UHGV virus genome: UHGV-1351333
Direction: 5' to 3' (one strand)
Origin: a virus
DNA: 64,000 bases
Part shown: positions 53,315 to 61,474 of the stretch, piece by piece
Numbering within the stretch: position 1 is the first letter of the stretch
Layout: each line of letters opens with the position of its first letter
The notes under the pieces: generated by a model
Database searches by the model: none
What the model was told of the DNA's origin: nothing
What the model saw: the letters and a program-made list of their open reading frames with translations, nothing else
Position numbers and translations under genes: made by a program

Positions 53315-56146
53315 ATGATGAGAAAAACCAATACCGCCAACTTAAACCTGTTGCTTCAAAGTGACCGTAAAACGGTCAAGCCCCCGATTCTGGTCGTGTG
53401 CGAACCGCCCGGAGAACAGACCTTTTCCCAGGGCGGCGTCATGTCCCAATTCCACATGAGCCGGTTTAACCGGATGTGCAATGACTGCGGCATCCCGCTT
53501 TCAATGCTGGAATTCATTACGCCGTGCCCCCCGGTTCCGGAGGCCATTACCAAACGGGAAAAAAAGGTGCTTGAGTATTTGAGCCAGTACCGGGACGAGT
53601 TTATAACCGCCCTGAACAGGCTGCTTCCCGGAAAGCGCCTTGTTATCTTTTTAGGCAAAAACGCATTGAGACAGTTCGCCGGAAAGAATGTCTCGATTAA
53701 AGAATTGCGTGGGTCGTTCGAGCGTATTGACCCGAAGCTGATGGCCGTACCGGCATCCTTGCGTACCGTAGCTATCTACGGGCCGGGGCATTTCACCCGG
53801 TCGCCGGAAGTGCTTCCGGTCGTGGAGGCTGATATGCGCCAGATTGGCAACCTGATTAAAAATAATTGGGATTACTCCTGCTTCCGCTCGTCTATCGAGA
53901 GCGGCGAGTATGTCTGGTGCCGGGATTTATCGCCGCTGCTGGCAAACCCGCCGAAGTTTATCGGGCTTGACACGGAAACGCGGGGCCTGGATTACGCGAT
54001 GGGACGGAAAGCCGTCCTGACTGTGCAGATGACCGTCAAGGATGGGAAAAGCCTGATTATTCCGTTAGACCCGGAGTTTTACAACAACAAAGTTTTACGC
54101 GATGAAACAGTCGATTACGGGGAAGACCTGACCCCGGATGAGGTGCGGAAAATCATTGGCCAATTGAAACAGCTTTTCGCCAATCCGGCCATTAAAGTTT
54201 TCGGCCATAATCTCAAGTTCGACCTGCACCACCTGAAAAATTACGGAATCGAGGTGGCGAACTGGTTTGCGGACACGATGCAGCTTTCTTATGTTGTCGA
54301 TGACAACATGCAGGAGCGGAATCTTGACGAGTGCACCCGCCGCTGGGTTAAGCCGATGGCCGGGTATGCCGACGAGTTTAACAAAAAAGTGGATAAAAGC
54401 CACATGGAGACGGTGCACCACCGCGAGTTTCTGCGCTATGCCGGAGGCGACACGGACGCCGTGTTTCGGCTTTACCGTGAGCTTGTCATTCTGGCCAAGC
54501 AGGACAGACGGAACTGGAATTGTTTTTTACGGGTGCAAATGCCCGCCCTGCGGGCGTTTTTGAAGATGGAGCATGTCGGCATGAATGTGGACCAGCAGTC
54601 CCTGCGTTCCTTGGGTGATGAGCTGGATGTGATGAACGCCGACCTGGAACGGGAACTTTCCGAAACGGTCAAACGTGATGTGCCCCAGGCGGTGAAAGAG
54701 TTGTTCGCTGACGGAAAGCCGCTTGATTTTAACTCGCCCAAATGCGTATCGCACTTGCTGTTCAGCCGCTCCGGGTACGGACTCGCCCCGAAAGTGTTTA
54801 CTCAAGGCAGCACCAAAGATTCGCTGGTGCCGTCCGTGTCCATAAAAACGCATCTTCCTTTTTTTTCCGATTCCTGCCCGTTTGTTGCCCGATATATTGA
54901 GTATAAACAGCTTCAAATGCTTCGGAATACCTACGTCGGAAAGCCGCGCCAGAGCAAGGAGACGCCTATTGCCCGCCTGAAAAACGGCAATTATCCCGCG
55001 GTGTACAAAAAGGCGCTTGAAGAGATAGACGCTCAAATCATGGCTAAAGTCCCCGCGTTTACCCGGACGAGGGCCGCGGGCGGGGAATCTTCCCCGGACG
55101 GTCGGACCGTGTTGGCGCGGGCCGCAGTCCCAAAGGGCACTGTGGCGCTATATCGGGGCGGTCAGGCCACCATCACCACCGAGCAGCCTCCGTCCGGATT
55201 CTGGCAGAACATTTGCGCCGACGGGTCCATACACGCTACATTCCGGTTGGATAAAACCGTCACCGGGCGGTCGTCCTGCCAGAATCCGAATTTGCAGAAT
55301 ATTCCCAAGCGGGGGCGGCTGGCAAAAATGTTCCGCAGGGTGTTCACCGCCAGGCCGGGAAAAGTCATCATCGAATGCGACCTTTCTCAAGCCGAGCTGC
55401 GTATCGCAGCCTGGATGGCAAATGAGCGGCACATGATTGAGCTGTACCGGAATGGCGTGGATATTCACGCCGCTACGGCGGCCAAGGCGGCGCAGATGAC
55501 TTTGGAGCAGTTTCAGGCGCTTCCGCATGACCAATACAAAAAACTTCGTCAAAACGGGAAGCCCGTCAACTTCGGTTTTTTGTACGGCATGGGATGGGAC
55601 AAATTTATGCGGTTCGCCAGAACCGATTATGGCGTGACGTTTACTCCGGAAGAGGCTCAAAATATGCGCAAGCATTTTTTCGAGGCGTATCCGGCGCTTC
55701 AAATATGGCACAAAAATATGCGGGCTTTTGTCCGCAAACATGGGTACGTGCGCGCCCTCCACGGCAGCCTGCGGCGGCTTCCCGGCATCTATTCTACAGA
55801 TGAGGCGGTCGTAGCTGAATGCGAGCGTCAGGCCATTAACTCGCCTGTTCAAAAATTCGCGTCGGATATAGGGCTTATGGCCCTTGCGGAATTTTCCAAG
55901 CATGACACTCCGGATTATTACGGCATTTCGTTTATTCACGACGCGAACTACATCGAGGTCAACGCCGAGGCGGCGTATGAAGTTACCGGGTGGCTGAAAT
56001 GGCAAATGCAGAATATCCCGTTTTATGACTGGTTCGGCTTGGAGCCTCCGCTTCCCATCATAGCGGACGCGGCTGTAGGCCCCAGTCTGGACAAAACGGA
56101 GGAGCAGGAAAATCAGGAGGTTATTGTTCCGCCGTGGGCAAAATAG
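53315..56146 (+). CDS. DNA polymerase I (family A) with 3'-5' exonuclease domain
   Basis: Exo I motif GLDTETRGLD. Pol motif A DLSQAELRIAAW. Motif B KKLRQNGKPVNFGFLYGMG. Motif C region FIHDANYIE. Confidence 0.9.
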   Translation: MMRKTNTANLNLLLQSDRKTVKPPILVVCEPPGEQTFSQGGVMSQFHMSRFNRMCNDCGIPLSMLEFITPCPPVPEAITKREKKVLEYLSQYRDEFITALNRLLPGKRLVIFLGKNALRQFAGKNVSIKELRGSFERIDPKLMAVPASLRTVAIYGPGHFTRSPEVLPVVEADMRQIGNLIKNNWDYSCFRSSIESGEYVWCRDLSPLLANPPKFIGLDTETRGLDYAMGRKAVLTVQMTVKDGKSLIIPLDPEFYNNKVLRDETVDYGEDLTPDEVRKIIGQLKQLFANPAIKVFGHNLKFDLHHLKNYGIEVANWFADTMQLSYVVDDNMQERNLDECTRRWVKPMAGYADEFNKKVDKSHMETVHHREFLRYAGGDTDAVFRLYRELVILAKQDRRNWNCFLRVQMPALRAFLKMEHVGMNVDQQSLRSLGDELDVMNADLERELSETVKRDVPQAVKELFADGKPLDFNSPKCVSHLLFSRSGYGLAPKVFTQGSTKDSLVPSVSIKTHLPFFSDSCPFVARYIEYKQLQMLRNTYVGKPRQSKETPIARLKNGNYPAVYKKALEEIDAQIMAKVPAFTRTRAAGGESSPDGRTVLARAAVPKGTVALYRGGQATITTEQPPSGFWQNICADGSIHATFRLDKTVTGRSSCQNPNLQNIPKRGRLAKMFRRVFTARPGKVIIECDLSQAELRIAAWMANERHMIELYRNGVDIHAATAAKAAQMTLEQFQALPHDQYKKLRQNGKPVNFGFLYGMGWDKFMRFARTDYGVTFTPEEAQNMRKHFFEAYPALQIWHKNMRAFVRKHGYVRALHGSLRRLPGIYSTDEAVVAECERQAINSPVQKFASDIGLMALAEFSKHDTPDYYGISFIHDANYIEVNAEAAYEVTGWLKWQMQNIPFYDWFGLEPPLPIIADAAVGPSLDKTEEQENQEVIVPPWAK

Positions 56147-56163
56147 TTCTGTTCTCTTCCTCG

Positions 56164-56190
56164 AAATTTGCAATGATTGCAAATTTTTTT
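56164..56190. repeat. palindromic motif copy 13 (+T7, followed by cgtgaa and promoter)
   Basis: aaatttgcaatgattgcaaattttttt after the polA stop. The extended context matches copy 14. Confidence 0.85.
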
Positions 56191-56210
56191 CGTGAACAGG
56201 ATTTTTTATC

Positions 56211-56239
56211 TTGCAATTTCCATTTTTTAGTGATATAAA
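56211..56239 (+). promoter_or_regulatory. sigma70-like promoter (TTGCAA-N17-TATAAA)
   Basis: atcTTGCAAtttccattttttagtgaTATAAAa. Confidence 0.5.
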
Positions 56240-56287
56240 AAAGCCATCACAGAGCGAAAGCCCTGAATCAATAAAAACACCACTATT

Positions 56288-57568
56288 ATGAGCAAGACCG
56301 AAATTGATATTACCAAGCCGCTTAATTTGGCTGACCGACAAGAACTCCGTTTTATCGGATACGCCACGCAAAACGCTGACCCGAAGCTGTCTCCGGGAGA
56401 CGTCATTTATTTTTTGAAGCAGGCGCGGGATGATAAAAATATCCCTGTGTACGATGTCGCCACCACCAAAAAAGGCAAGGTGGCCGTTGAAAGCCTTTAC
56501 GCCGACGAGTTTGAGGTTGTAGATGCGGATTCCGCAGCGGAAGCCGCCCCTGTTGCGGCGCCGGTTAAAAAGAAAAAAGCCGAACTTAAAAAAGTGGAAG
56601 AACCCGACGAGGAACAGCCTGCCGCCAAGCCCAAGAAGGTCAAGGCCGCCAAAGCGGAAGTTGTTGCCCCTAAAAAAGGAAAGAAGGAAAAAACGAAGGC
56701 GGCGGAACCCGTGGAAGAGCCTGTGGAAGTTCAGGAGCCGCAGGAAGTTCAGGAAGCCGCAACTGAGATTGAACCTGCGGCTGTCGTCCAGCCCGAACCG
56801 GTTAAAGAGGCTGCGGACATCAAGCCCGCTTCTACTCCGGAGCTGGGAATGGACGCCGTAACCCTTAATCTGATTCAGGAGCACGGCGGAAACGCCTGCG
56901 CCGCGGCTCTCGCCATCGCCAAAGATTCCGAGGCTAAACGATTCCTGCTTGGCGGCATCCTGCTTTATATCCAAAAAACGAAAGTTTACGAGGAGGAAAA
57001 AGATTCTGCCGGCGCCCCGCGTTTTACCGGGCAAAAGGGCTTTGCCCTGTTCTGCGAGCAGTATATCGGCCTTTCCTATTCTTCTGCAAAATTGTACCAG
57101 CGCATCTACGCCAGTTTCACCAGCATGGGCCTTGGCGTTGAGGACTTCCGGCGGGTTGGCACGGCCAAAGCCCGTGAAATCGTGCAAATGATTGAGCTGG
57201 ATTTTTCCAAGGCGGAAGTTGAAGAGGCTATCCAAATCGGCGAAACGAAAACGCATGACGAACTGCATTCCCACGTGAGTTCGAAAATGCAGGATGCGGA
57301 AATTGAGGGTCATGGGCTGCGGGATAAAGTCAAGTGCACGCTTTACCGTTTTGAGGTGTTTGCCGACCAGGAGGACATCATCAACGCGGCTATCCGGCTG
57401 GCAATGGACAATGGCGACATCAAGGAGACCGACCAGAACGCCCTTGGACGCGCATTCGTCTCTATCTGCTCCGATTATTTGCAGGCGTACAGCAAAGTGG
57501 CGCAGCCCGTGGTGGACGAAAACGAAGAGTTCCAGGAATCCGTAGCCCAGGAATCAGTCAATGCCTGA
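56288..57568 (+). CDS. Lys/Ala/Pro-rich (histone H1-like linker) protein, probable DNA-binding
   Basis: Central AAPVAAPVKKKKAELKKVEEPDEEQPAAKPKKVKAAKAEVVAPKKGKKEKTKAAEP low-complexity block, flanked by globular N- and C-terminal domains. Confidence 0.45.
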   Translation: MSKTEIDITKPLNLADRQELRFIGYATQNADPKLSPGDVIYFLKQARDDKNIPVYDVATTKKGKVAVESLYADEFEVVDADSAAEAAPVAAPVKKKKAELKKVEEPDEEQPAAKPKKVKAAKAEVVAPKKGKKEKTKAAEPVEEPVEVQEPQEVQEAATEIEPAAVVQPEPVKEAADIKPASTPELGMDAVTLNLIQEHGGNACAAALAIAKDSEAKRFLLGGILLYIQKTKVYEEEKDSAGAPRFTGQKGFALFCEQYIGLSYSSAKLYQRIYASFTSMGLGVEDFRRVGTAKAREIVQMIELDFSKAEVEEAIQIGETKTHDELHSHVSSKMQDAEIEGHGLRDKVKCTLYRFEVFADQEDIINAAIRLAMDNGDIKETDQNALGRAFVSICSDYLQAYSKVAQPVVDENEEFQESVAQESVNA

Positions 57569-58280
57569 CATTTCCAGATTTCGGTCTGAACTGGCCCGTT
57601 TCTTTTCGGAGAGCGGGCCAGGCTCGCGGCCTGTATTTCCCGACGTCAATGAGGGCGACTTGTGTTTGTGGACGGACGGGTCGGCCCTCGGAGACGCGAG
57701 GCAGTTAGGCACGGGCGGAGGGGCCGCGTTCGTCGTGACGCTGATGGCCGGAGGTGTGGAGCATTATGTAATTTCCTATGCTGAGCGGCTGGACCATCAA
57801 TCGGATTTTTTTGATTATGGGGTGACGGTAAATTGCGCGGAAATCAAGGCAATCAACAACGGGCTTTCCTACCTCCAAAAACTGGACTGCGCGGAAGATG
57901 CGACGGTGCATGTGTTTTCCGATTCCGCTTACGCTGTTTCCGTCCTGTCCAAATGGGTACATGTTTGGGAACGGTCGGAGCGTAAACAGGAATCATGCGC
58001 GAAATCCGGCTGGCTGTGTTCTGACGGGTGGCCGGTGGCTAACGCCCGATTGATAAAAGATACGCATCGCCTACAGCAAATTTTTCTCCGGGTCGTATAT
58101 CATAAAGTCGCCGGGCATGCCGGGTACTTTTTCAATGAGCACGCCGATAATCTGGCGTCAATCGCCCGGAACGGTCAGCTTTCCGACCCGCTGGCGGCAG
58201 ATTTTAGCTGGTCAGGCCAAAAGGCGAAATCGGTCCGTTTTGATTATGCCTCCGGAAAAGTCGCGTTGGAGGAATATTAG
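57561..58280 (+). CDS. ribonuclease H
   Basis: CLWTDGSALGD...GTGGGAAFVV and YHKVAGHAGYFFNEHADNLA match RNase H1 motifs (DGS...G.GG.G and HsG...NE.AD.LA). Confidence 0.7.
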   Translation: MPDISRFRSELARFFSESGPGSRPVFPDVNEGDLCLWTDGSALGDARQLGTGGGAAFVVTLMAGGVEHYVISYAERLDHQSDFFDYGVTVNCAEIKAINNGLSYLQKLDCAEDATVHVFSDSAYAVSVLSKWVHVWERSERKQESCAKSGWLCSDGWPVANARLIKDTHRLQQIFLRVVYHKVAGHAGYFFNEHADNLASIARNGQLSDPLAADFSWSGQKAKSVRFDYASGKVALEEY

Positions 58281-58295
58281 CTTCTTCATTTTTTC

Positions 58296-58321
58296 AATTT
58301 GCAACGATTGCAAATTTTTTT
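58296..58321. repeat. palindromic motif copy 14 (+T7, followed by cgtgaa and promoter)
   Basis: aatttgcaacgattgcaaattttttt after the RNase H stop. Confidence 0.85.
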
Positions 58322-58342
58322 CGTGAAAAACTCTTTTTTATC

Positions 58343-58371
58343 TTGCAATTTATAAAAAACAATGCTAAATT
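58343..58371 (+). promoter_or_regulatory. sigma70-like promoter (TTGCAA-N17-TAAATT) feeding the 55-bp leader
   Basis: atcTTGCAAtttataaaaaacaatgcTAAATTac. The predicted TSS (~58378) coincides with the start of the leader repeat at 58375. Confidence 0.5.
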
Positions 58372-58374
58372 ACA

Positions 58375-58429
58375 TTCATCAAAGGGAAGGAAAAACCTTC
58401 CCGCACAGCTAAAAAACCTGAAAGTTAAA
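58375..58429 (+). repeat. 55-bp leader repeat copy B
   Basis: Identical to 1..55. Lies between promoter 58343..58371 and gene 58452..58784. Confidence 0.8.
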
Positions 58430-58451
58430 TTAAAAAAAGGAACTAAAAAAA

Positions 58452-58784
58452 ATGATTATTAGCATGAATCCTTGCAGCTCCTGGATGATTGAAGTCAGCG
58501 AATTTTCTCATCTTAATTTGGGCATTGAAAATTCCGAATCAATCCAGCTCGAAGATGAAACGGAAGTAACGTGGTTCCGGGAAAAGCTGGAATCCAGAAT
58601 GGAAGAAATAGAAGACCAGATTGATACGCATCCTGAAGATAAAATTTTGGAAGACAAATACAACGAACTGAACGAAGCGCTGGAAGACCTTGCCGCGGCT
58701 CGTGAAGAACAGGAAGAATACGAAGTCAGGGAAGCGGAAGCTTTTTTGCAGGAACGCTATGAAGAAAAGCTCTGCTGCTATTGA
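58452..58784 (+). CDS. hypothetical highly acidic protein
   Basis: 110 aa, Glu/Asp-rich helical protein (EDQIDTHPEDKILEDKYNELNEALEDLAAAREEQEEYEVREAEAF). Confidence 0.45.
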   Translation: MIISMNPCSSWMIEVSEFSHLNLGIENSESIQLEDETEVTWFREKLESRMEEIEDQIDTHPEDKILEDKYNELNEALEDLAAAREEQEEYEVREAEAFLQERYEEKLCCY

Positions 58785-59266
58785 TTAAAAAAATCTTAAA
58801 AAACCTATTAAACAAAATGAAAAAGAACACATACGTTAGAAATCGCCGTCAGGAACCGCTGAATTCCGAAGTGAAGCAGCCGACTTCCAAGGAGCTGGAG
58901 GACATCGCTACGTTGGCCTGCCAGTTTTATCAGCAAAACAAGATTAAAAATGCCGCCGCGGCCAAAGAACGCTCCATACGTTCCCGGCTGCTTTCCCTGT
59001 GCGTGGAAGCCGGCGTGAAGTCCCAGGAAGTGACCTGCGTTTCCGAAGACGGTTCCAAGCTGGTTCTTTCCGTTACCGTGGCTCCGGGGCAGAAGAGCGT
59101 CATTGACCTGGATACGCTGAAAAGGCTCATCCCCGCGGAACAGTATGAAAAATGCCTGTCCGCGACCCAGACGAGGGTTGAAGAAGTGGCTGGAAAAACT
59201 ATCGCGCTGGCCGCAAGGCGCGTAGTGTCCACGGAAATGAACGTGTCCGTTTCCACGAAAAAATAA
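58781..59266 (+). CDS. hypothetical protein
   Basis: 161-aa ORF. Confidence 0.45.
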   Translation: MIKKILKNLLNKMKKNTYVRNRRQEPLNSEVKQPTSKELEDIATLACQFYQQNKIKNAAAAKERSIRSRLLSLCVEAGVKSQEVTCVSEDGSKLVLSVTVAPGQKSVIDLDTLKRLIPAEQYEKCLSATQTRVEEVAGKTIALAARRVVSTEMNVSVSTKK

Positions 59267-59289
59267 TTAACCGAAGCCGGGGCGAGGGT

Positions 59290-60309
59290 ATGAGAGAATC
59301 CAGCATTCGGGAAATTTTAGCCGAATTGGGGATAGATGCGGCCCATCTGTCCCCCACCGGCTGGCTAATCTGCTCCTGCCCGTTCGCCCCGGCGACACAC
59401 CAGTATGGGACTGACCGCAGGCCGTCTTTCGGTGTCAAGGTAGATTTGGAATCCCCGTCGGCGTACAAATGTTTCACGTGCCATGAACACGGATTGTTCA
59501 CCGGGCTTCCCATCCGGCTGGGCGCCTTGCTGGGCGACCCCGGCATGTACAAGCAAGTCCGCAACCGGGCCGTTTTTTTGGAATCCGCCACCCTTCCGGA
59601 TTTTGACGAAGGCGTGAACGCGCAAACGGTCGAATCTCTGAGGGTGCTTGACGTGTCGATGCTGGACATATACCCGTCGCCGATGGATGCGGAAGCCCCG
59701 CGGAAGTATTTGTTTGAGCGCGGAGTTTCAGAACATGCCGCGCTTGTCATGGACCTGCGGTTTGACCCGCAGGAAAGCCGGATTCTTTTTCCGCTGTTTT
59801 CCAGGGACCGGGAGTTGCTTGGATTTTCCGGGCGGTCTATCCTGTCCCCGCTTCCGGAGGGCGCTCCAAAGATAAAAAACTATGCGGGAGTGAAAACCGA
59901 TCGATGCTTGCTGGGCGCCCATTTGATTCCGCATCAGCCGGACGGCAAACCGGTATTTGTCGTCGAGGGCCTGTTTGCTTATGCTCACTTAATCTCGATT
60001 GGCGCCCGCAGATTCTGCCACCCGGTAGCCACTCTTGGCAGCCATTTGTCTTTCCCGCAGCGGGATTTATTGGCGATGCTGGGGCGGCCTGTGTTTCTTT
60101 GCTACGACGGCGACGCCGCCGGGACAATAGGCCTGTTCGGTCAATGGAACCGGCAGGCGAAGAAGTTTATGGGCGACGGGGCGGTGGACAGATTAAAAGA
60201 CCATGTGCCGACATTCGTCTGCAAGTACCCGGCGGGGCGTTCCGACCCTGATGCCTTGAGGCTGTCGGACGTAACCCAGATGCTCGATAAATGGAACATC
60301 AGCTATTAA
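59290..60309 (+). CDS. DnaG-like primase (CHC2 zinc finger + Toprim)
   Basis: CSCPFAPATHQYGTDRRPSFGV...YKCFTCHEHG is a CHC2 zinc finger. VFVVEGLFAYAH and CYDGDAAG are Toprim E and DxD elements. Confidence 0.6.
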   Translation: MRESSIREILAELGIDAAHLSPTGWLICSCPFAPATHQYGTDRRPSFGVKVDLESPSAYKCFTCHEHGLFTGLPIRLGALLGDPGMYKQVRNRAVFLESATLPDFDEGVNAQTVESLRVLDVSMLDIYPSPMDAEAPRKYLFERGVSEHAALVMDLRFDPQESRILFPLFSRDRELLGFSGRSILSPLPEGAPKIKNYAGVKTDRCLLGAHLIPHQPDGKPVFVVEGLFAYAHLISIGARRFCHPVATLGSHLSFPQRDLLAMLGRPVFLCYDGDAAGTIGLFGQWNRQAKKFMGDGAVDRLKDHVPTFVCKYPAGRSDPDALRLSDVTQMLDKWNISY

Positions 60310-60328
60310 AATTTTTTTCATTTTTTTC

Positions 60329-60357
60329 TTGCAATAAAATAATGTCATGCTTTACTT
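60329..60357 (+). promoter_or_regulatory. weak sigma70-like promoter (TTGCAA-N17-TTACTT)
   Basis: ttcTTGCAAtaaaataatgtcatgctTTACTTt. The -10 element is poor. Confidence 0.3.
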
Positions 60358-60422
60358 TCAATGTTCCCATCATGGAACATCAATAAAAACAACACTCCCA
60401 TTGGAGCTATTAAAAAAATAAA

Positions 60423-61454
60423 ATGAACTCAAATCAATCATCACAAAGCGCACGGCGCGGCAAATCCGTATTGGAGCAGGCCGCGAAAAGTCAGCAGCAG
60501 CAATTCAGCCGGCAGCGTATGCCGTTCAGGTTCTTCCTCGCCAAAGGCGGCGAGGCTAAAATCGTCATCCTTGATTACGCTTTCGCCACCGACGACGGAA
60601 ACGGGAATGGGCTGGTTATCAAAGAGCACAATTTGAAAAAGCCCGATGGAACGTTTGGAAACTTCCAGCCCTGCACCTCGGAACGCGGCCATTGCGATAT
60701 TTGCGAGACCTACAAAAAAGAGTTCGCACCGTACTACGCCGTCGTCATGTCCATTATCGACTGGCGGCCTTACACCAACAAAAACGGGGAAACTGTCCAA
60801 GGCTCTAAAAAACTGCTCGTCATTAAAATGTGGCAGCGGGACAAGTGGTACGAGCTTCAGGAAGTCGCGTTCGCCCAGAACGGCAAGCGCGGCATGCGCG
60901 GCATGGTGTTGCGGATGAAGCGAAGCGAGGACGCGAAGAGCAGCAGCATCGGCGAGCCGGTAGCGTTTACTTCCCCGGCGTCGCTGGCCGGGCGCATGTG
61001 CGGATTCCTGTCGGAGGAAGCCATGTTGAAAAAGTTTGGCGGGCAAGACATCGTTGGTCGTGACGGCAAGGTTTATCAAAAGGCCGGGGACGGCATCAAG
61101 CCGTTTAATTATGAGGAACTATTTCCGGAACCGGAACCGATTAACGAGTTTTCCAACTCCAATTCCCGGTCTTCCGGGGATGCGGATTTCGGCGATGACG
61201 ACGATTTTGGTCAGGATTTACAAGGCGGCGACAACGCCTCGGAGGACTTTGACCCGGATGATTTTCGCCCCGCGGCAGGTCAGGACGGCGACGGAGAGGA
61301 TTGCCTCAACGCCGATGTGGATTTTGCGGGGGATGAAGATTTCAGCCAGGAGCCTCCGGCCCGCACCAGAGGGCGCCGTGTGCCTGACCCGGAAGAGCCG
61401 GGCAACCAGCCCCAGACCGGAGATGATTTCGATGATGACGACATCCCTATGTGA
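60423..61454 (+). CDS. single-stranded DNA-binding protein (putative)
   Basis: Acidic C-terminal tail ending DDFDDDDIPM, compared with the E. coli SSB tail DFDDDIPF. Cys/His cluster CTSERGHCDICE. Location in the replication module. Confidence 0.45.
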   Translation: MNSNQSSQSARRGKSVLEQAAKSQQQQFSRQRMPFRFFLAKGGEAKIVILDYAFATDDGNGNGLVIKEHNLKKPDGTFGNFQPCTSERGHCDICETYKKEFAPYYAVVMSIIDWRPYTNKNGETVQGSKKLLVIKMWQRDKWYELQEVAFAQNGKRGMRGMVLRMKRSEDAKSSSIGEPVAFTSPASLAGRMCGFLSEEAMLKKFGGQDIVGRDGKVYQKAGDGIKPFNYEELFPEPEPINEFSNSNSRSSGDADFGDDDDFGQDLQGGDNASEDFDPDDFRPAAGQDGDGEDCLNADVDFAGDEDFSQEPPARTRGRRVPDPEEPGNQPQTGDDFDDDDIPM

Positions 61455-61474
61455 TTTTCGTTTTTAACTGTTAA

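Noticed and set aside
55148-57313. 721-aa minus-strand ORF spanning the 3' end of polA and the Lys-rich protein gene
   Set aside because: It overlaps the conserved polymerase motif C region on the opposite strand and has an Arg/Leu/Phe-rich, junk-like composition. The + strand genes are strongly supported.
1-58429. The 55-bp direct repeats as attL/attR of an integrated prophage or as terminal redundancy
   Set aside because: - Phage replication genes continue uninterrupted beyond the second copy (primase, SSB, helicase).
- Sequences flanking the two copies are unrelated.
- The second copy sits exactly at a predicted transcription start.
- A shared 5' leader is the simpler explanation.
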